Source: Acidimicrobiales bacterium | GTDB taxonomy: Bacteria > Actinomycetota > Acidimicrobiia > Acidimicrobiales > Bog-793 | DNA length: 64,000 bases | Direction of reading: 5' to 3' | Assembly (NCBI GenBank): GCA_035294085.1 | Contig: DATGLP010000006.1 | Location: 2,595 to 66,594, forward strand | In this document: positions 54,869 to 64,000 of the stretch, piece by piece | Layout of the letters: every line of letters begins with the position of its first letter | Position numbering within the stretch: position 1 is the first letter of the stretch | Notes under the pieces: generated by a model | What the model saw: only the letters and a program-made list of their open reading frames with translations | Told to the model about the DNA's origin: nothing | Database searches by the model: none | Translations under genes and position numbers: made by a program

Positions 54869-55459
54869 CCTCGACGTGCTCTCCGCGGTCCCTCCCGCCC
54901 GTGGCGCACGCCACGTACCCGGCCCCCTCGAGGGCTCGACCGGCTCTCGCGTCGGACGGCTCGCTCGCTCCTCAGGGCGCGCCTTGCCGCCGCCCTCCGG
55001 CCGCTCGACCTCACACCGCCACAGGCAGCCGTGCTGCGGGCGCTCAGCGACTCGTCCTCCTAGGGGATCCGTACGGTGGCACGCCGGCTCTCCGCGGACC
55101 CGATGAACGTGAAGCGCTGCGCCGACGAGCTCGAGGCGCGAGGTCTCCTCCGCAGCAGACCGGTGCCCGGTGACCGGCGACCGCGAGGCCTCGAGCTGAC
55201 CGAGCGAGGCCGGGAGCTCGCCTGCCGCGCCGTGCAGGCGGCAGCCGCCGAAGAGGAGTGGCCCGCAGCGGTCCTCGGCGCGGACGGTGCCGATGCGCTC
55301 GCCGCGACGCTCGCGCGCCTCGAGGAGTCGCTCGGCCTGGCCAGGTACCGCACGGCCGACCTCGCGCTCGTGGGCTCGTCGCGCCTGGCGGGCTCGCCGG
55401 CACCGAGAGGGCATGCCCGAGGACGACGGCACGCGAGGACGGCGGAGGGGCAGCGATGA
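54869..55459 (+). pseudogene. MarR family regulator interrupted by an in-frame TAG and lacking an obvious start
   Basis: One frame reads ...RLSRRTARSLLRGRLAAALRPLDLTPPQAAVLRALSDSSS-TAG(55061..55063)-GIRTVARRLSADPMNVKRCADELEARGLLRSRPVPGDRRPRGLELTERG. This is a complete MarR wHTH split by a stop. There is no ATG, GTG or TTG in the upstream segment back to the stop at 54866. Confidence 0.6.
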
Positions 55460-56091
55460 GTAGCCCGAGGCACCTGCACGACCAAGGCCCCACGTCGGCG
55501 CCCGACGAGTCCGTCGGCGCCTTCTGGGACGAGCGCTTCGCCTCCCACGACTGGCCGAGCGAGCCCGACGACGCCCTCGTCGAGCTCGCGGGCGGTCTCG
55601 CGCCCGGTACGGCGCTGGACCTCGGCTGCGGTCCTGGACGGAACGCGATCTGGCTCGCCCGCCGAGGCTGGCGGGTGACCGGCGTCGACGCGTCGGCGGT
55701 CGGCCTCGCCCTCGCGAGCGCCCGCGCCCGCGAGGCGGGGGTCGAGATCACCTGGGTCCAGGCCGACCTGCTGGCCTACGACGTGGTGCCAGCGGCCGCC
55801 GAGCTCGTCGTGCTCGCCAACGTCCACCTGCCCCCTCCCGAGCACCGCCGCCTGGTCGAGCTGGCGAAGAGGGCGCTCGCGCCCGGTGGCCACCTCTTCG
55901 TGATCGGCCACCACCTCGACTCGCTCGGGCGGGCAGGCCCGCCCGATCCCGAGCGCCTCTACACCGAGGAGCGCCTGCGAGACGAGCTCTCCGGCCTCGT
56001 GGTCGAGGTCCTCGAGCAGCGGACGCGGGCTGGCGGCGAGGGAGAGGCCCCGCTCGTCGACCTCGTCGCCTGGGCGCTGCGGCCGCGGTGA
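55456..56091 (+). CDS. class I SAM-dependent methyltransferase
   Basis: ATG 55456 follows GGAGGGG and overlaps the marR-frame stop (ATGA). Motif I is LDLGCGPGRNAIWLA. Confidence 0.85.
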   Translation: MSSPRHLHDQGPTSAPDESVGAFWDERFASHDWPSEPDDALVELAGGLAPGTALDLGCGPGRNAIWLARRGWRVTGVDASAVGLALASARAREAGVEITWVQADLLAYDVVPAAAELVVLANVHLPPPEHRRLVELAKRALAPGGHLFVIGHHLDSLGRAGPPDPERLYTEERLRDELSGLVVEVLEQRTRAGGEGEAPLVDLVAWALRPR

Positions 56092-57833
56092 GGCCCGTCC
56101 GAGCGCCTCGCCGCTTCCAGGCCCGCCTGCCGGGCGTCCCGAGGCCCGACCCCAGCCAGCTCGCTCTGGAGGACGTGGACACGGCCAGCCCATCGACCAT
56201 CCCAGCACGGCCCGTGGGCATCCTGAGACGCCCGCACGCGAGTCGCGCGCACCGCCAGGGCCTCGCCCTCGTGGTGCTCGCGACCGCACAGCTCATGGTG
56301 ATGCTCGACCTCACGATCGTGAACATCGCCCTGCCGGCCCTGCAGCGCGCCCTCGCGTTCTCTTCGACGAGGCTCGCCTGGGTCGTCGACGGCTACGTCC
56401 TCGCCTTCGGGGGCTTCCTCCTCCTCGGGGGACGCGCCGGTGACCTCCTCGGTCGCCGGCGGGTCTTCATGGCCGGGGTGGCCCTCTTCGCCGCGGCCTC
56501 GCTCGCGGGCGGGCTCGCGACGAGCCAGGCGTGGCTCGTCGCCGCCCGCGTCGCGCAGGGCCTCGGCGCGGCGATCGCCTCGCCCACGGCGCTCTCGCTC
56601 ATCGCCACCACGTTCGAGGAGGGGCCACGTCGGCACCGTGCCATGGCCGTCTACGCGGCCATGTCGGCGGCGGGAGGGGCACTCGGCCTCCTGCTCGGCG
56701 GGATGCTGGTCGACATCGCCTCGTGGCGCTGGGTGCTCTTCGTGAACGTGCCGATCGGAGCCGCCGTCGTCGCGAGCACCCCGTTCCTCTTCGCCCCGGC
56801 CCGAGGGCGCCCTGGTCGTCTCGACGTGCGGGGGGCGCTCACGGGTTCCGCTGGCGTCGCGCTCGCCGTCTTCGGTCTCGTCCGCGCTCCCGAGGCCGGC
56901 TGGACGGACCCGTTCACCCTCGGGGCGTTCGTGCTCGCCGGCGCGCTGATCGGTGCGTTCGTGCTCGCCGAGTCGCGAAGCCCCGCACCGCTCGTGCCCC
57001 TGCGTTTCGTCGCCGATCGCCACCGGGCCGGGACGTACGCCGTCATGCTCCTGCTCGGCGGAGCGATGCTGTCGCTGCTGTACTTCCTCACCCAGTACCT
57101 CCAGGACGTCCTCGGCTACAGCCCGATCGCTGCCGGGCTCGCCTACGTCCCGCTCCCCCTGGCCGTCGGGAGCACCGGTGCCCTCGTCTCCCGCAAGGTG
57201 GGGCGGCACGGGACGAGGCCCTTCCTCGTCGCCGGGCCCGCCTTCGTGGGCACCGGCCTTGTCCTGCTGTCGCGCCTCGGCATCCACAGCGGCTACCCCG
57301 CGGTCCTGCTGCCTCTCGTCGTGGTGGGGGTCGGGATGGGCCTGTCCTTCGTCCCCCTCACCTTGCGGGCCGTCTCCGGCGTGGCCCACGGTCAGGCGGG
57401 GCTCGCGTCCGCCCTGCTCAGCACGAGCCAGCAGGTCGGTGGTTCGCTCGGGCTCGCCGTGCTCGTCACCGTGGCCGCGACCGTGACGCGCGACCGCCTC
57501 GGCGCAGGCGCCGCGGCGATGCCGGCGCACGGGCCGAGCACCTCGATGCTGCTCGCCCGTACGAGCGGCTACGACGCCGCCCTACTCGCCGGCGCTGCCG
57601 CGGCGGCGCTCGCCTTCCTCGTCGCGCTCGTCGCCGTGCGGGACGCCCCCCACCAGCCGCTCGGAGGCAGGCAGACGAGCCCGGAGAGGCAGGGTCGGAG
57701 CGTTCGAGCGCACCGCCGGGGTACCCGTCAGCGGCTGATGCGGACGTCGGGACTCCGAAGCCGAGGCCGGGCGCGCGCGAGCCGTGGTCGACGGCGGACG
57801 GATCACGTCGAGACGCCGGTCCGTTGTCCGTAG
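56088..57833 (+). CDS. MFS transporter, DHA2 (EmrB/QacA-like, 14-TM) drug:H+ antiporter type
   Basis: GTG 56088 overlaps the upstream stop (GTGA), though the start could be further downstream. LMVMLDLTIVNIALP and GRAGDLLGRRRVF are DHA2 motifs. About 14 TM. Confidence 0.85.
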   Translation: MRPVRAPRRFQARLPGVPRPDPSQLALEDVDTASPSTIPARPVGILRRPHASRAHRQGLALVVLATAQLMVMLDLTIVNIALPALQRALAFSSTRLAWVVDGYVLAFGGFLLLGGRAGDLLGRRRVFMAGVALFAAASLAGGLATSQAWLVAARVAQGLGAAIASPTALSLIATTFEEGPRRHRAMAVYAAMSAAGGALGLLLGGMLVDIASWRWVLFVNVPIGAAVVASTPFLFAPARGRPGRLDVRGALTGSAGVALAVFGLVRAPEAGWTDPFTLGAFVLAGALIGAFVLAESRSPAPLVPLRFVADRHRAGTYAVMLLLGGAMLSLLYFLTQYLQDVLGYSPIAAGLAYVPLPLAVGSTGALVSRKVGRHGTRPFLVAGPAFVGTGLVLLSRLGIHSGYPAVLLPLVVVGVGMGLSFVPLTLRAVSGVAHGQAGLASALLSTSQQVGGSLGLAVLVTVAATVTRDRLGAGAAAMPAHGPSTSMLLARTSGYDAALLAGAAAAALAFLVALVAVRDAPHQPLGGRQTSPERQGRSVRAHRRGTRQRLMRTSGLRSRGRARASRGRRRTDHVETPVRCP

Positions 57834-58159
57834 CCTGCCAGCCTGCCGCGGCGCAGGGGGCTCCGCCCGGCGGCCGGTCGGCGAACCGTCGTGGCCCTCG
57901 GCCCGTCACGGGCCGCAGGTCCCGATACCGGCCGCGAGGACGCGTGCAGGCGCCTGCCAACGGCCACGGGACGCTCGACCACCGGAGGTAGGCAGGTGGC
58001 GCCTGCGCATCGCCATGCCGGGAGAACGAGGGCCCGTCCAGAAGAGAGCGCCTCGCCCCTGCTCGCGCCTCGCCCGACGAGGAGCGGACCGGGGTCGGGC
58101 GCCTGTGAACGCTGGGCTCGCCTCGACGCGCCCCGTTCCGCCGTCGGGCGGTCCTTCCC

Positions 58160-59065
58160 TCACCCAGCGGGCTCGCCGGGTTCGACGTCGGCAGCCCTGC
58201 CGTTCGCGACCTGCAGGCGCGGGAGGAGCGCCAGGAGGTCGAGCCCGCCGAAGCCCTCGGCGCAGCCTTCGCGCGCGAGGCGCGCCACGAGCTCCGTGAC
58301 GGGCAGGGACAGTCGGCCTTCGTCGGCGAGGTCCGCCGCGAGGTCGAGGTCCTTCACGAGCATCTCCAGGGTGAACGTCGCCTCGTAGTCGCGCTCGAGC
58401 AGCGTTCGCTGCTTGTAGTGGACGAAGGGCGACCCGATGGCGGAGACCTTGGCCGCCTCGAGGAACACCTCGCGGCTCACGCCCGACGCCTCTGCCAGGA
58501 GGACGACCTCGGCGAGGAGCTCGGCGGTGCCGGCCAGCATGGCGTTGATGGCCAGCTTCACGACCCGGGCCTCCTCGCCGGCCCCGACCCGCACGACCCG
58601 CGACCCGACGAGCGCGAGCACCGGCCGGGCTGCCGCGAGGGTCGCCTCGTCGCCGGAGACGAGGAGCGAGAGGTTGCCTGCCGCGAGCACGTCCGGGTTG
58701 CCGCTCACCGGGCAGCGCAGGTAGCCGACGCCGCGGCCGGCAGCCGCCGCCGCGATCTGCGCGGATGCCCTCACCGAGATGGTGCTCATCTCGAGGAGGA
58801 GAGAGCCCTCGGGGGCCGACTCGAGCAGTCCCCCGGGCCGGAGCAGGACGTCGCGGACCGCAGCGTCATCGGCGAGGAAGGTCGCGACCGCTGCCGCACC
58901 CTGCCAGAGCGCCGCGAGGCCACTCGCCACCGTCGCGCCCTCGGCCACCAGAGGAGCGGCGCGCTCGGGCGAGCGGTTCCAGACGACCACCTCGACGCCC
59001 TGGGCGAGCAGGCGTCGCGCGAGGGCGCTGCCCATCCGGCCGGTCCCCACGACAGCAACCTTCAT
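58160..59065 (-). CDS. NAD(P)-dependent beta-hydroxyacid dehydrogenase (3-hydroxyisobutyrate dehydrogenase-like)
   Basis: Internal ATG 59065 (MKVAVVGTGRMGSALARRL, Rossmann fold). VVKLAINAML and a C-terminal helical domain. Confidence 0.85.
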   Translation of the reverse strand: MKVAVVGTGRMGSALARRLLAQGVEVVVWNRSPERAAPLVAEGATVASGLAALWQGAAAVATFLADDAAVRDVLLRPGGLLESAPEGSLLLEMSTISVRASAQIAAAAAGRGVGYLRCPVSGNPDVLAAGNLSLLVSGDEATLAAARPVLALVGSRVVRVGAGEEARVVKLAINAMLAGTAELLAEVVLLAEASGVSREVFLEAAKVSAIGSPFVHYKQRTLLERDYEATFTLEMLVKDLDLAADLADEGRLSLPVTELVARLAREGCAEGFGGLDLLALLPRLQVANGRAADVEPGEPAG

Positions 59066-59223
59066 CTCGTACCTCCGATCCAGCACATCCTGTGAGCGCT
59101 GCGCTCCCGACGCCCCTCCCCGCGTCGCCGACGCGAGCCCGGCGCCGCCACGAGGGCGGCGCGCGCGCAAGACTCTGGCGACCCGGCGGAGGGTCGCCTC
59201 CGGCGCGGCGGAGGGGCGTGAGG

Positions 59224-60426
59224 ATGAGCGGAGAGCGGGTCGTGATCGTGGGCGGCGGCATCATCGGCCTGGCGACCGCCCGCCAGCTCTGCCAGCTGCG
59301 ACCGGACCTTCGCGTCGTCGTGCTCGAGAAGGAGCGCGCCATCGCGTCCCACCAGTCCGGTCGCAACAGCGGGGTCGTGCACGCCGGCCTGTACTACCGG
59401 CCCGGTTCGCTCAAGGCCCGGCTGTGCCGACGCGGCGGCGAGCTGCTGCGCGAGCTCAGCCGCACCCGGGACATCCCCTACGTCGAGTGCGGCAAGGTCG
59501 TCGTCGCCCGCGACGACACCGAGCTCGCCGCGCTCGCCGAGATCGAGGCGAGGGCGCGGGCCAACGCCGTGCCGGGCCTGCGGCGGCTGTCGGCAGACGA
59601 GCTCAGGGCGATCGAGCCGCACGTGCGCGCCCGGGCCGCGCTCCACTCGCCTCGCACCGCGATCACCGACTTCGCCGCCGTGGCGCGGGCACTCGCCGCC
59701 GACGTCATCGCGCACGGCGGCGAGATCCGCCTCGCGCACGAGGTCCGGTCGCTGCGGCGGGGACGGCGCGGCGTCGAGGTCGTCTCCGGGCACGGCGCGC
59801 TCGTCGCGGACCGCGTCGTCGTCTGTGCCGGCCTGCACGCCGACCGGGTGGCCCGGCTCGCTGGGGACACCGAGGACCCGGCGATCGTGCCCTTCCGGGG
59901 CGAGTACCTCCGGCTGCTGCCGCCGGCAGCCAGCCTCGTGCGTGGCCTCGTGTACCCGGTCCCCAACCTCGCCTACCCCTTCCTCGGGGTCCACTTCACG
60001 CGGCGCCTCGACGGGAGCGTCGACATCGGGCCGAACGCCGTGCTCGCGCTCGCCCGCGAGGGCTACCGCTGGCGAGACGTCAGCCTCGGCGACGTGGCCG
60101 AGCTGCTCTCCTTCCCTGGGTTCCGCCGGCTCGTTCGCCGCTACTGGCGGGTCGGACTGCGGGAGCTCGTCGGCTCGCTCTCGAAGCGAGCCTTCGTGCG
60201 CGAGGCGCGCTCGTACGTGCCCGAGCTGTCCGCCGCCGATGCGGTCCGGGCCCCTGCGGGCGTGCGAGCCCAGGCGGTCGGCCCGGACGGCTCGCTCGTC
60301 GACGACTTCGTCATCCACGAGACGGGGCCCGTGGTGAGCGTCCGGAACGCCCCGTCGCCCGCCGCGACCTCGTCGCTCGCGATCGCCGAGCTCCTCGCGC
60401 AGCGCGTCGTCGCCGGCGGCGCCTGA
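59224..60426 (+). CDS. lhgO: L-2-hydroxyglutarate oxidase/dehydrogenase (FAD)
   Basis: ATG 59224. VVIVGGGIIGLATA, HQSGRNSGVVHAGLYY, PFRGEYL and NAPSPAATSSLAI. Confidence 0.8.
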   Translation: MSGERVVIVGGGIIGLATARQLCQLRPDLRVVVLEKERAIASHQSGRNSGVVHAGLYYRPGSLKARLCRRGGELLRELSRTRDIPYVECGKVVVARDDTELAALAEIEARARANAVPGLRRLSADELRAIEPHVRARAALHSPRTAITDFAAVARALAADVIAHGGEIRLAHEVRSLRRGRRGVEVVSGHGALVADRVVVCAGLHADRVARLAGDTEDPAIVPFRGEYLRLLPPAASLVRGLVYPVPNLAYPFLGVHFTRRLDGSVDIGPNAVLALAREGYRWRDVSLGDVAELLSFPGFRRLVRRYWRVGLRELVGSLSKRAFVREARSYVPELSAADAVRAPAGVRAQAVGPDGSLVDDFVIHETGPVVSVRNAPSPAATSSLAIAELLAQRVVAGGA

Positions 60427-60548
60427 GCGCGGCGCGAGCTCGCTGCGCTGCACCGCTCGCGCCCAGCGGCCCCCGAGCACGCCCGAGAGGTCGGGCAGCC
60501 GGCGCGCGCCCCACGGACGCCACCGCGTCGCGCGCTGCGGGCGGCTCC

Positions 60549-61325
60549 TCACCGCTCCGCTCGCACCAGCCGGAGGTGCTCGAGGAGCGCGAGGTGGTGC
60601 GTCACGAGCGCGCGCCGCACGCCGCGCTCGCTGCGGTGCACGAGCGCCTCGACGATGGGCCGGTGGAGGCGGGCGTGCTTCTCGGCGTGCTCCGAGCGCA
60701 GCCAGTCGGGCGCGTCGTCGGTCCGGATCCAGCGCTCGTACTCGGTCATCACGACGGCGCTGTGCACGCTCTCGTAGATGGCCGACAGGTAGGGGTTGCC
60801 CGCCCCCGCGACGACGAGGGCGTGGAAGTTCGTGTCGGCGGCGACGAGGGACGACGCGCTCTCGCCACCGGCGGAGAGCCGCTCGAGCGCCACGCCGAGC
60901 TCGGCGAGATGACCGTCGCTCGCCGCGGCCGACGCCTCAACCGCTCCGAGCGTCTCGAGCCAGAGGCGCAGCTGGCAGAGGTGCTCGAGCGAGCCCTGGC
61001 GGAGGTCCAGCATGAGGTGGACCGAGGCCGTCACCATGGTCGAGGGGTTGCGCAGGACGTAGGCCCCCGATCCGGGGCGGATCTCGACGAGGCCCATCAC
61101 CGCCAGCATCCGCAGCGCCTGTGCCACGACCGCCCGGCTCGAGCCGCAGCGCCGCGCGAGGTCGCGCTCGGAGGGCAGGCGCGCGCCCTCGGCGAGGCCC
61201 TCCTCGGCGATGAGCCGCCGGATCTGGTCGACGAGCTCGTCGGCGAGCCGCTGCGCGCGCACCGGCCGGAACGACTCGACCGCCACCGCGCCTGGCCTCG
61301 GCGCGCGCTGCGCCGCTTGGGTCAT
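60549..61325 (-). CDS. GntR family (FCD, PdhR/LldR-like) transcriptional regulator
   Basis: ATG 61325 with GGAGGAG upstream. wHTH LPSERDLARRCGSSRAVVAQALRMLAVMGLV plus an FCD domain. Confidence 0.85.
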   Translation of the reverse strand: MTQAAQRAPRPGAVAVESFRPVRAQRLADELVDQIRRLIAEEGLAEGARLPSERDLARRCGSSRAVVAQALRMLAVMGLVEIRPGSGAYVLRNPSTMVTASVHLMLDLRQGSLEHLCQLRLWLETLGAVEASAAASDGHLAELGVALERLSAGGESASSLVAADTNFHALVVAGAGNPYLSAIYESVHSAVVMTEYERWIRTDDAPDWLRSEHAEKHARLHRPIVEALVHRSERGVRRALVTHHLALLEHLRLVRAER

Positions 61326-61348
61326 CGCTCCCACCTTCTCCTCCGACC

Positions 61349-61396
61349 TTGACACGCAAGCCTAGGCGGCGTAGAAGGAGAGAGTGGCTCAGCCAC
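61349..61396 (+). promoter_or_regulatory. sigma70-like promoter (TTGACA-N17-TAGAAG) followed by the perfect palindrome GTGGCTCAGCCAC
   Basis: TTGACA at 61349..61354, TAGAAG at 61372..61377, palindrome at 61384..61396. It sits in the divergent region between the GntR gene and the split-transketolase operon. Confidence 0.4.
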
Positions 61397-61461
61397 TTGA
61401 CCAGTTGCTTCCCAGTCGAGGGCCGAGCCGGGAAGCTGCCCGGGACGAGGAGGGGGATCGG

Positions 61462-62340
61462 ATGCAGGCCGAGCCCGACGCTGCGTCGCGGCCGCGCGCC
61501 GATGGCGACCCGTTCCGGCGGGCCCGCCCCCCGACCGACGACCCCGAGGAGCTGCGCGCCGCGGCGCGCCGCATCCGCCGGCGGGCCCTGCAGATGGTGG
61601 CCCCCGCGGGCGCCGGCTACCTCGGCCAGGCGTTCTCGTCCGCCGAGCTCTTCGCCGTCTTGTACCGCTCGGTCCTGCGCCACGGCTGGGACCGCTTCGT
61701 CCTCTCCCCGGGCCACTACGTCATCGCCCACTACGCGGCCGCGGCCGAGGCGGGCCTGCTCGACGAGGAGGACCTCGCCTCCTACGGGGCCGACGGCTCG
61801 CCGATCGAGAGCATCTCGAGCGAGCGAACCCCGCTCGTCGCCGCGACCTGCGGCTCCCTCGGCCAGGAGCTGTCGGTCGCGGCCGGGCTCGCGCTCGCCG
61901 ACCAGCTCGCGGGCGTGGACCGGCGGGTCTTCGTGCTGTGCAGCGACGGCGAGCTCGAGGAGGGCCAGACCTGGGAGGCAGCGATGTTCGCGGCCCACCA
62001 CCGGCTGGGCTCGCTCGTCGCCGTCGTCGACTGCAACGGCTCCCAGGTCGACGGCGCCGTGTCCACCGTCACGACGCTCGAGCCGCTGGCCGACAAGTGG
62101 CGTGCCTTCGGCTGGCACGCCGAGGAGGTCGACGGCCACGACGTCGTGGCGCTCGACCGGGCGCTCGCCGCCGCCCTCGCCGACAGCCGCCCGAGCGCCG
62201 TCGTCGCGCGCACCTCGGTGGTCACCGGACCCGCCGGCCTCGTGCCCGCGGGCGACTCGCACTTCGTCAAGGTCACGCCGGACCAGGTCGCACAGGCCCT
62301 CGCGGCCCTCGACGGCCCGGCAGGAGGGGGTGCGCCGTGA
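61462..62340 (+). CDS. transketolase, N-terminal (ThDP-binding) subunit
   Basis: ATG 61462 follows GGAGGGGG. GYLGQAFSSAELFAVLY and GDGELEEGQTWEAAMFAAHHRLGSLVAVVDCNG. Confidence 0.85.
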   Translation: MQAEPDAASRPRADGDPFRRARPPTDDPEELRAAARRIRRRALQMVAPAGAGYLGQAFSSAELFAVLYRSVLRHGWDRFVLSPGHYVIAHYAAAAEAGLLDEEDLASYGADGSPIESISSERTPLVAATCGSLGQELSVAAGLALADQLAGVDRRVFVLCSDGELEEGQTWEAAMFAAHHRLGSLVAVVDCNGSQVDGAVSTVTTLEPLADKWRAFGWHAEEVDGHDVVALDRALAAALADSRPSAVVARTSVVTGPAGLVPAGDSHFVKVTPDQVAQALAALDGPAGGGAP

Positions 62341-63395
62341 GGGACGACGCACCCGAGCGAGCCGAGCTGCGACCCGGCGCGACCGCGCCGGAGCTGCTCG
62401 CGCCGCCGTACCGGACGGTCCTCAAGCCCTACGGGACGGCCCTGCTCGAGCTGGCCCGGCGACGACCCGACGTCATCGTGCTGAGCGCCGACCTCACGCG
62501 CCAGACCGAGATCGACCTCGTCAGGGACGAGCTGCCGGCGCAGTTCGTCAACGTCGGGGTCGCAGAGCAGAACATGATCGGGGTCGCCGCCGGCCTCGCC
62601 CGAGCCGGTCGCTGCGTCTTCGTCCACACCTTCGGCGTCTTCGCCACGCGCCGCCCCTTCGAGCAGGTCGCCATGCAGGTCGCCTACCCCCGCCTCGACG
62701 TCAAGCTCGTCGGCTTCATGCCGGGCCTGTCCAGCCCGGGGGGACCGTCCCACCAGGCCGTCGACGACGTCGCGCTCATGCGCTGCCTACCGAACATGAC
62801 CGTCGTCGACGTCGCCGATGCGACCGAGGTCCGCCAGGTCGTCGGCCTCCTCGCCAGCCGGCGCGGCCCGTGCTACCTGCGACTCAAGCGGGGCGAGGTG
62901 CCGGTGCTCTTCGGCGAGGGCCACGAGCTCGACCTCGCCAGGGCGCAGTGGCTTCGCCGAGGCGACGACGTCGCCATCGTGGCCTCCGGCATGCTGGTCG
63001 CGACGGCCCTGCGCGCCGCGCAGGTGCTCGCCGAGGCCGGCGTCGAGGCCTCCGTGCTCAACGTCGCCGTCCTCAAGCCGATCGACCGGGACAGCGTGCT
63101 CGAGGCCGCTCGCAGCGCCCGGGCCGTCGTCACCGCGGAGAACCACTCGGTCATCGGCGGCCTGGGCTCGGCCGTCGCCGAGGTGCTCGCCGAGGCGGGG
63201 GCGAGCCGGCTGCTCCGGCGTGTCGGCGTCCAGGACACCTACGCCCAGGCGTCGAGCGCCCCCTGGCTCTTCCGCCGCTACGGCCTCGACACGAGCTCGG
63301 TCATCGCCGCGGCCTGGGCCGCTCTCGGGCGCGCCGGGGAGCCGCCGAGCGCGAGCGACGTCCCCGTCGAGACGGGCGAGTACGCGGCCGTGTGA
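62337..63395 (+). CDS. transketolase, C-terminal (Pyr/TKC) subunit
   Basis: GTG 62337 overlaps the upstream stop (GTGA). VGVAEQNMIGVAAGLA and GPSHQAVDDVALMRCLPNM. Confidence 0.85.
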   Translation: MRDDAPERAELRPGATAPELLAPPYRTVLKPYGTALLELARRRPDVIVLSADLTRQTEIDLVRDELPAQFVNVGVAEQNMIGVAAGLARAGRCVFVHTFGVFATRRPFEQVAMQVAYPRLDVKLVGFMPGLSSPGGPSHQAVDDVALMRCLPNMTVVDVADATEVRQVVGLLASRRGPCYLRLKRGEVPVLFGEGHELDLARAQWLRRGDDVAIVASGMLVATALRAAQVLAEAGVEASVLNVAVLKPIDRDSVLEAARSARAVVTAENHSVIGGLGSAVAEVLAEAGASRLLRRVGVQDTYAQASSAPWLFRRYGLDTSSVIAAAWAALGRAGEPPSASDVPVETGEYAAV

Positions 63396-63409
63396 GCGAA
63401 GGAGGAGCC

Positions 63410-64000
63410 GTGCCACCAGTCACCCCCGTCACCAGCCCCGCCTCGAACGGGCCGCGAGCGCCGAGCGTCTCGCCGTCGTCGATCGCCGCCGCCGTGGCTG
63501 CAGCGGGCCGGGCGGTCGGCCCGCCGCGCACCGAGCCGGCGGCCGTCGCGTCGCCGGGGGCGGTCACCGCCGTCGACTGGGAGCACCGCGCCGACATGGC
63601 GAGGCTGCGCGCCGAGCGCCTGGCGCGAGCCCAGGCCGGCCTCGCGGCGAGCGACCTCGGGGCCCTCCTGCTGTTCGACATGAACAACATCCGCTACACG
63701 ACGGGTACGCACATCGGCAACTGGGCGCGCGACAAGCTCTTCCGCTGCGTGCTGCTCCAGCGCGATCGCGACCCGATCCTGTGGACCATCGGGTCCGCGG
63801 CCCGCCAGCACCGACGCTACGGCGACTGGCTCGACGAGGGGGCCTGGCGCGCCGGGCTGTCGAGCTGGCGCGGCTCGATCCCCGAGGACGTCGGCGTCGA
63901 GGCGGGCAACGCCCGGAGGATCGCGGGCATCCTGCGAGACAGCGGCCTCGCCGGCGAACCCCTCGGGGTCGACGTCGTCGAGCTCCCGGTCCTGCGGGCG
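63410..64000 (+). CDS. M24 family metallopeptidase-fold protein (creatinase/Xaa-Pro aminopeptidase N-terminal domain), 3'-truncated by the window edge
   Basis: GTG 63410 follows GAAGGAGGA. The frame is open to the window end. RADMARLRAERLARAQAGLAASDLGALLLFDMNNIRYTTGT resembles the creatinase_N-type domain. Confidence 0.6.
   Translation, partial: MPPVTPVTSPASNGPRAPSVSPSSIAAAVAAAGRAVGPPRTEPAAVASPGAVTAVDWEHRADMARLRAERLARAQAGLAASDLGALLLFDMNNIRYTTGTHIGNWARDKLFRCVLLQRDRDPILWTIGSAARQHRRYGDWLDEGAWRAGLSSWRGSIPEDVGVEAGNARRIAGILRDSGLAGEPLGVDVVELPVLRA

Noticed and set aside
57834-58159. 326-nt convergent gap containing the palindrome GCAGGCGCCTGC and a related downstream copy
   Set aside because: It probably reflects terminator-like secondary structure between convergent genes. 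There is no coding potential or recognisable RNA motif.

Overview
Scope and limits: all calls come from reading the ORF translations and DNA by eye. No HMM or BLAST was run. Start codons and motif coordinates may be off by a few nt.

Overall: this is a very GC-rich segment (GC not computed; third codon positions are almost always G/C) with many GTG starts, resembling an Actinobacteria-type chromosome. It is densely coding, with about 55 supportable CDS. I saw no rRNA, tRNA, CRISPR array, transposase or integrase.

Left third:
- Respiratory nitrate reductase narGHJI. narH needs a 1-nt frame correction in a G5 run.
- A TDT/SLAC1-type anion channel follows narI instead of narK. An atypical di-haem cytochrome b lies convergent to it.
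- Divergent from narG lies my best candidate for an undescribed system, possibly handling nitrosative (NO/N2O) damage. It contains a hemerythrin-DUF2249 fusion, a 12-TM His-rich membrane protein, and a tightly coupled DUF2249-DUF59-DUF488-metE operon. Its two promoter regions share an 18-bp palindrome (TTCTGCT-N5-CYAGAA).

Middle:
- lpd, a CBS/Zn-ribbon gene and pdhABC.
- A PIG-L deacetylase and an MFS transporter.
- A LysR-linked molybdoenzyme with no Tat signal, a fused FeS-NrfD subunit and an elongated TorD-like chaperone. The architecture resembles SoeABC.
- thiC with a clear TPP riboswitch.

Right half:
- A GntR-controlled catabolic island of about 20 kb with unknown substrate. It holds three MmgE/PrpD paralogues, three ThDP enzymes, a NitT/TauT-type ABC importer, ALDH, a 2-hydroxyacid dehydrogenase, SDR, AKR, cupin and a CoxG-like protein. 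Two of its promoter regions share a GTATAC-N4-GYRTAC operator.
- Then DoxX, a decayed marR (in-frame TAG) with a methyltransferase and an MFS pump, a beta-hydroxyacid dehydrogenase and lhgO.
- Finally a GntR / split transketolase / M24 unit that runs off the window.
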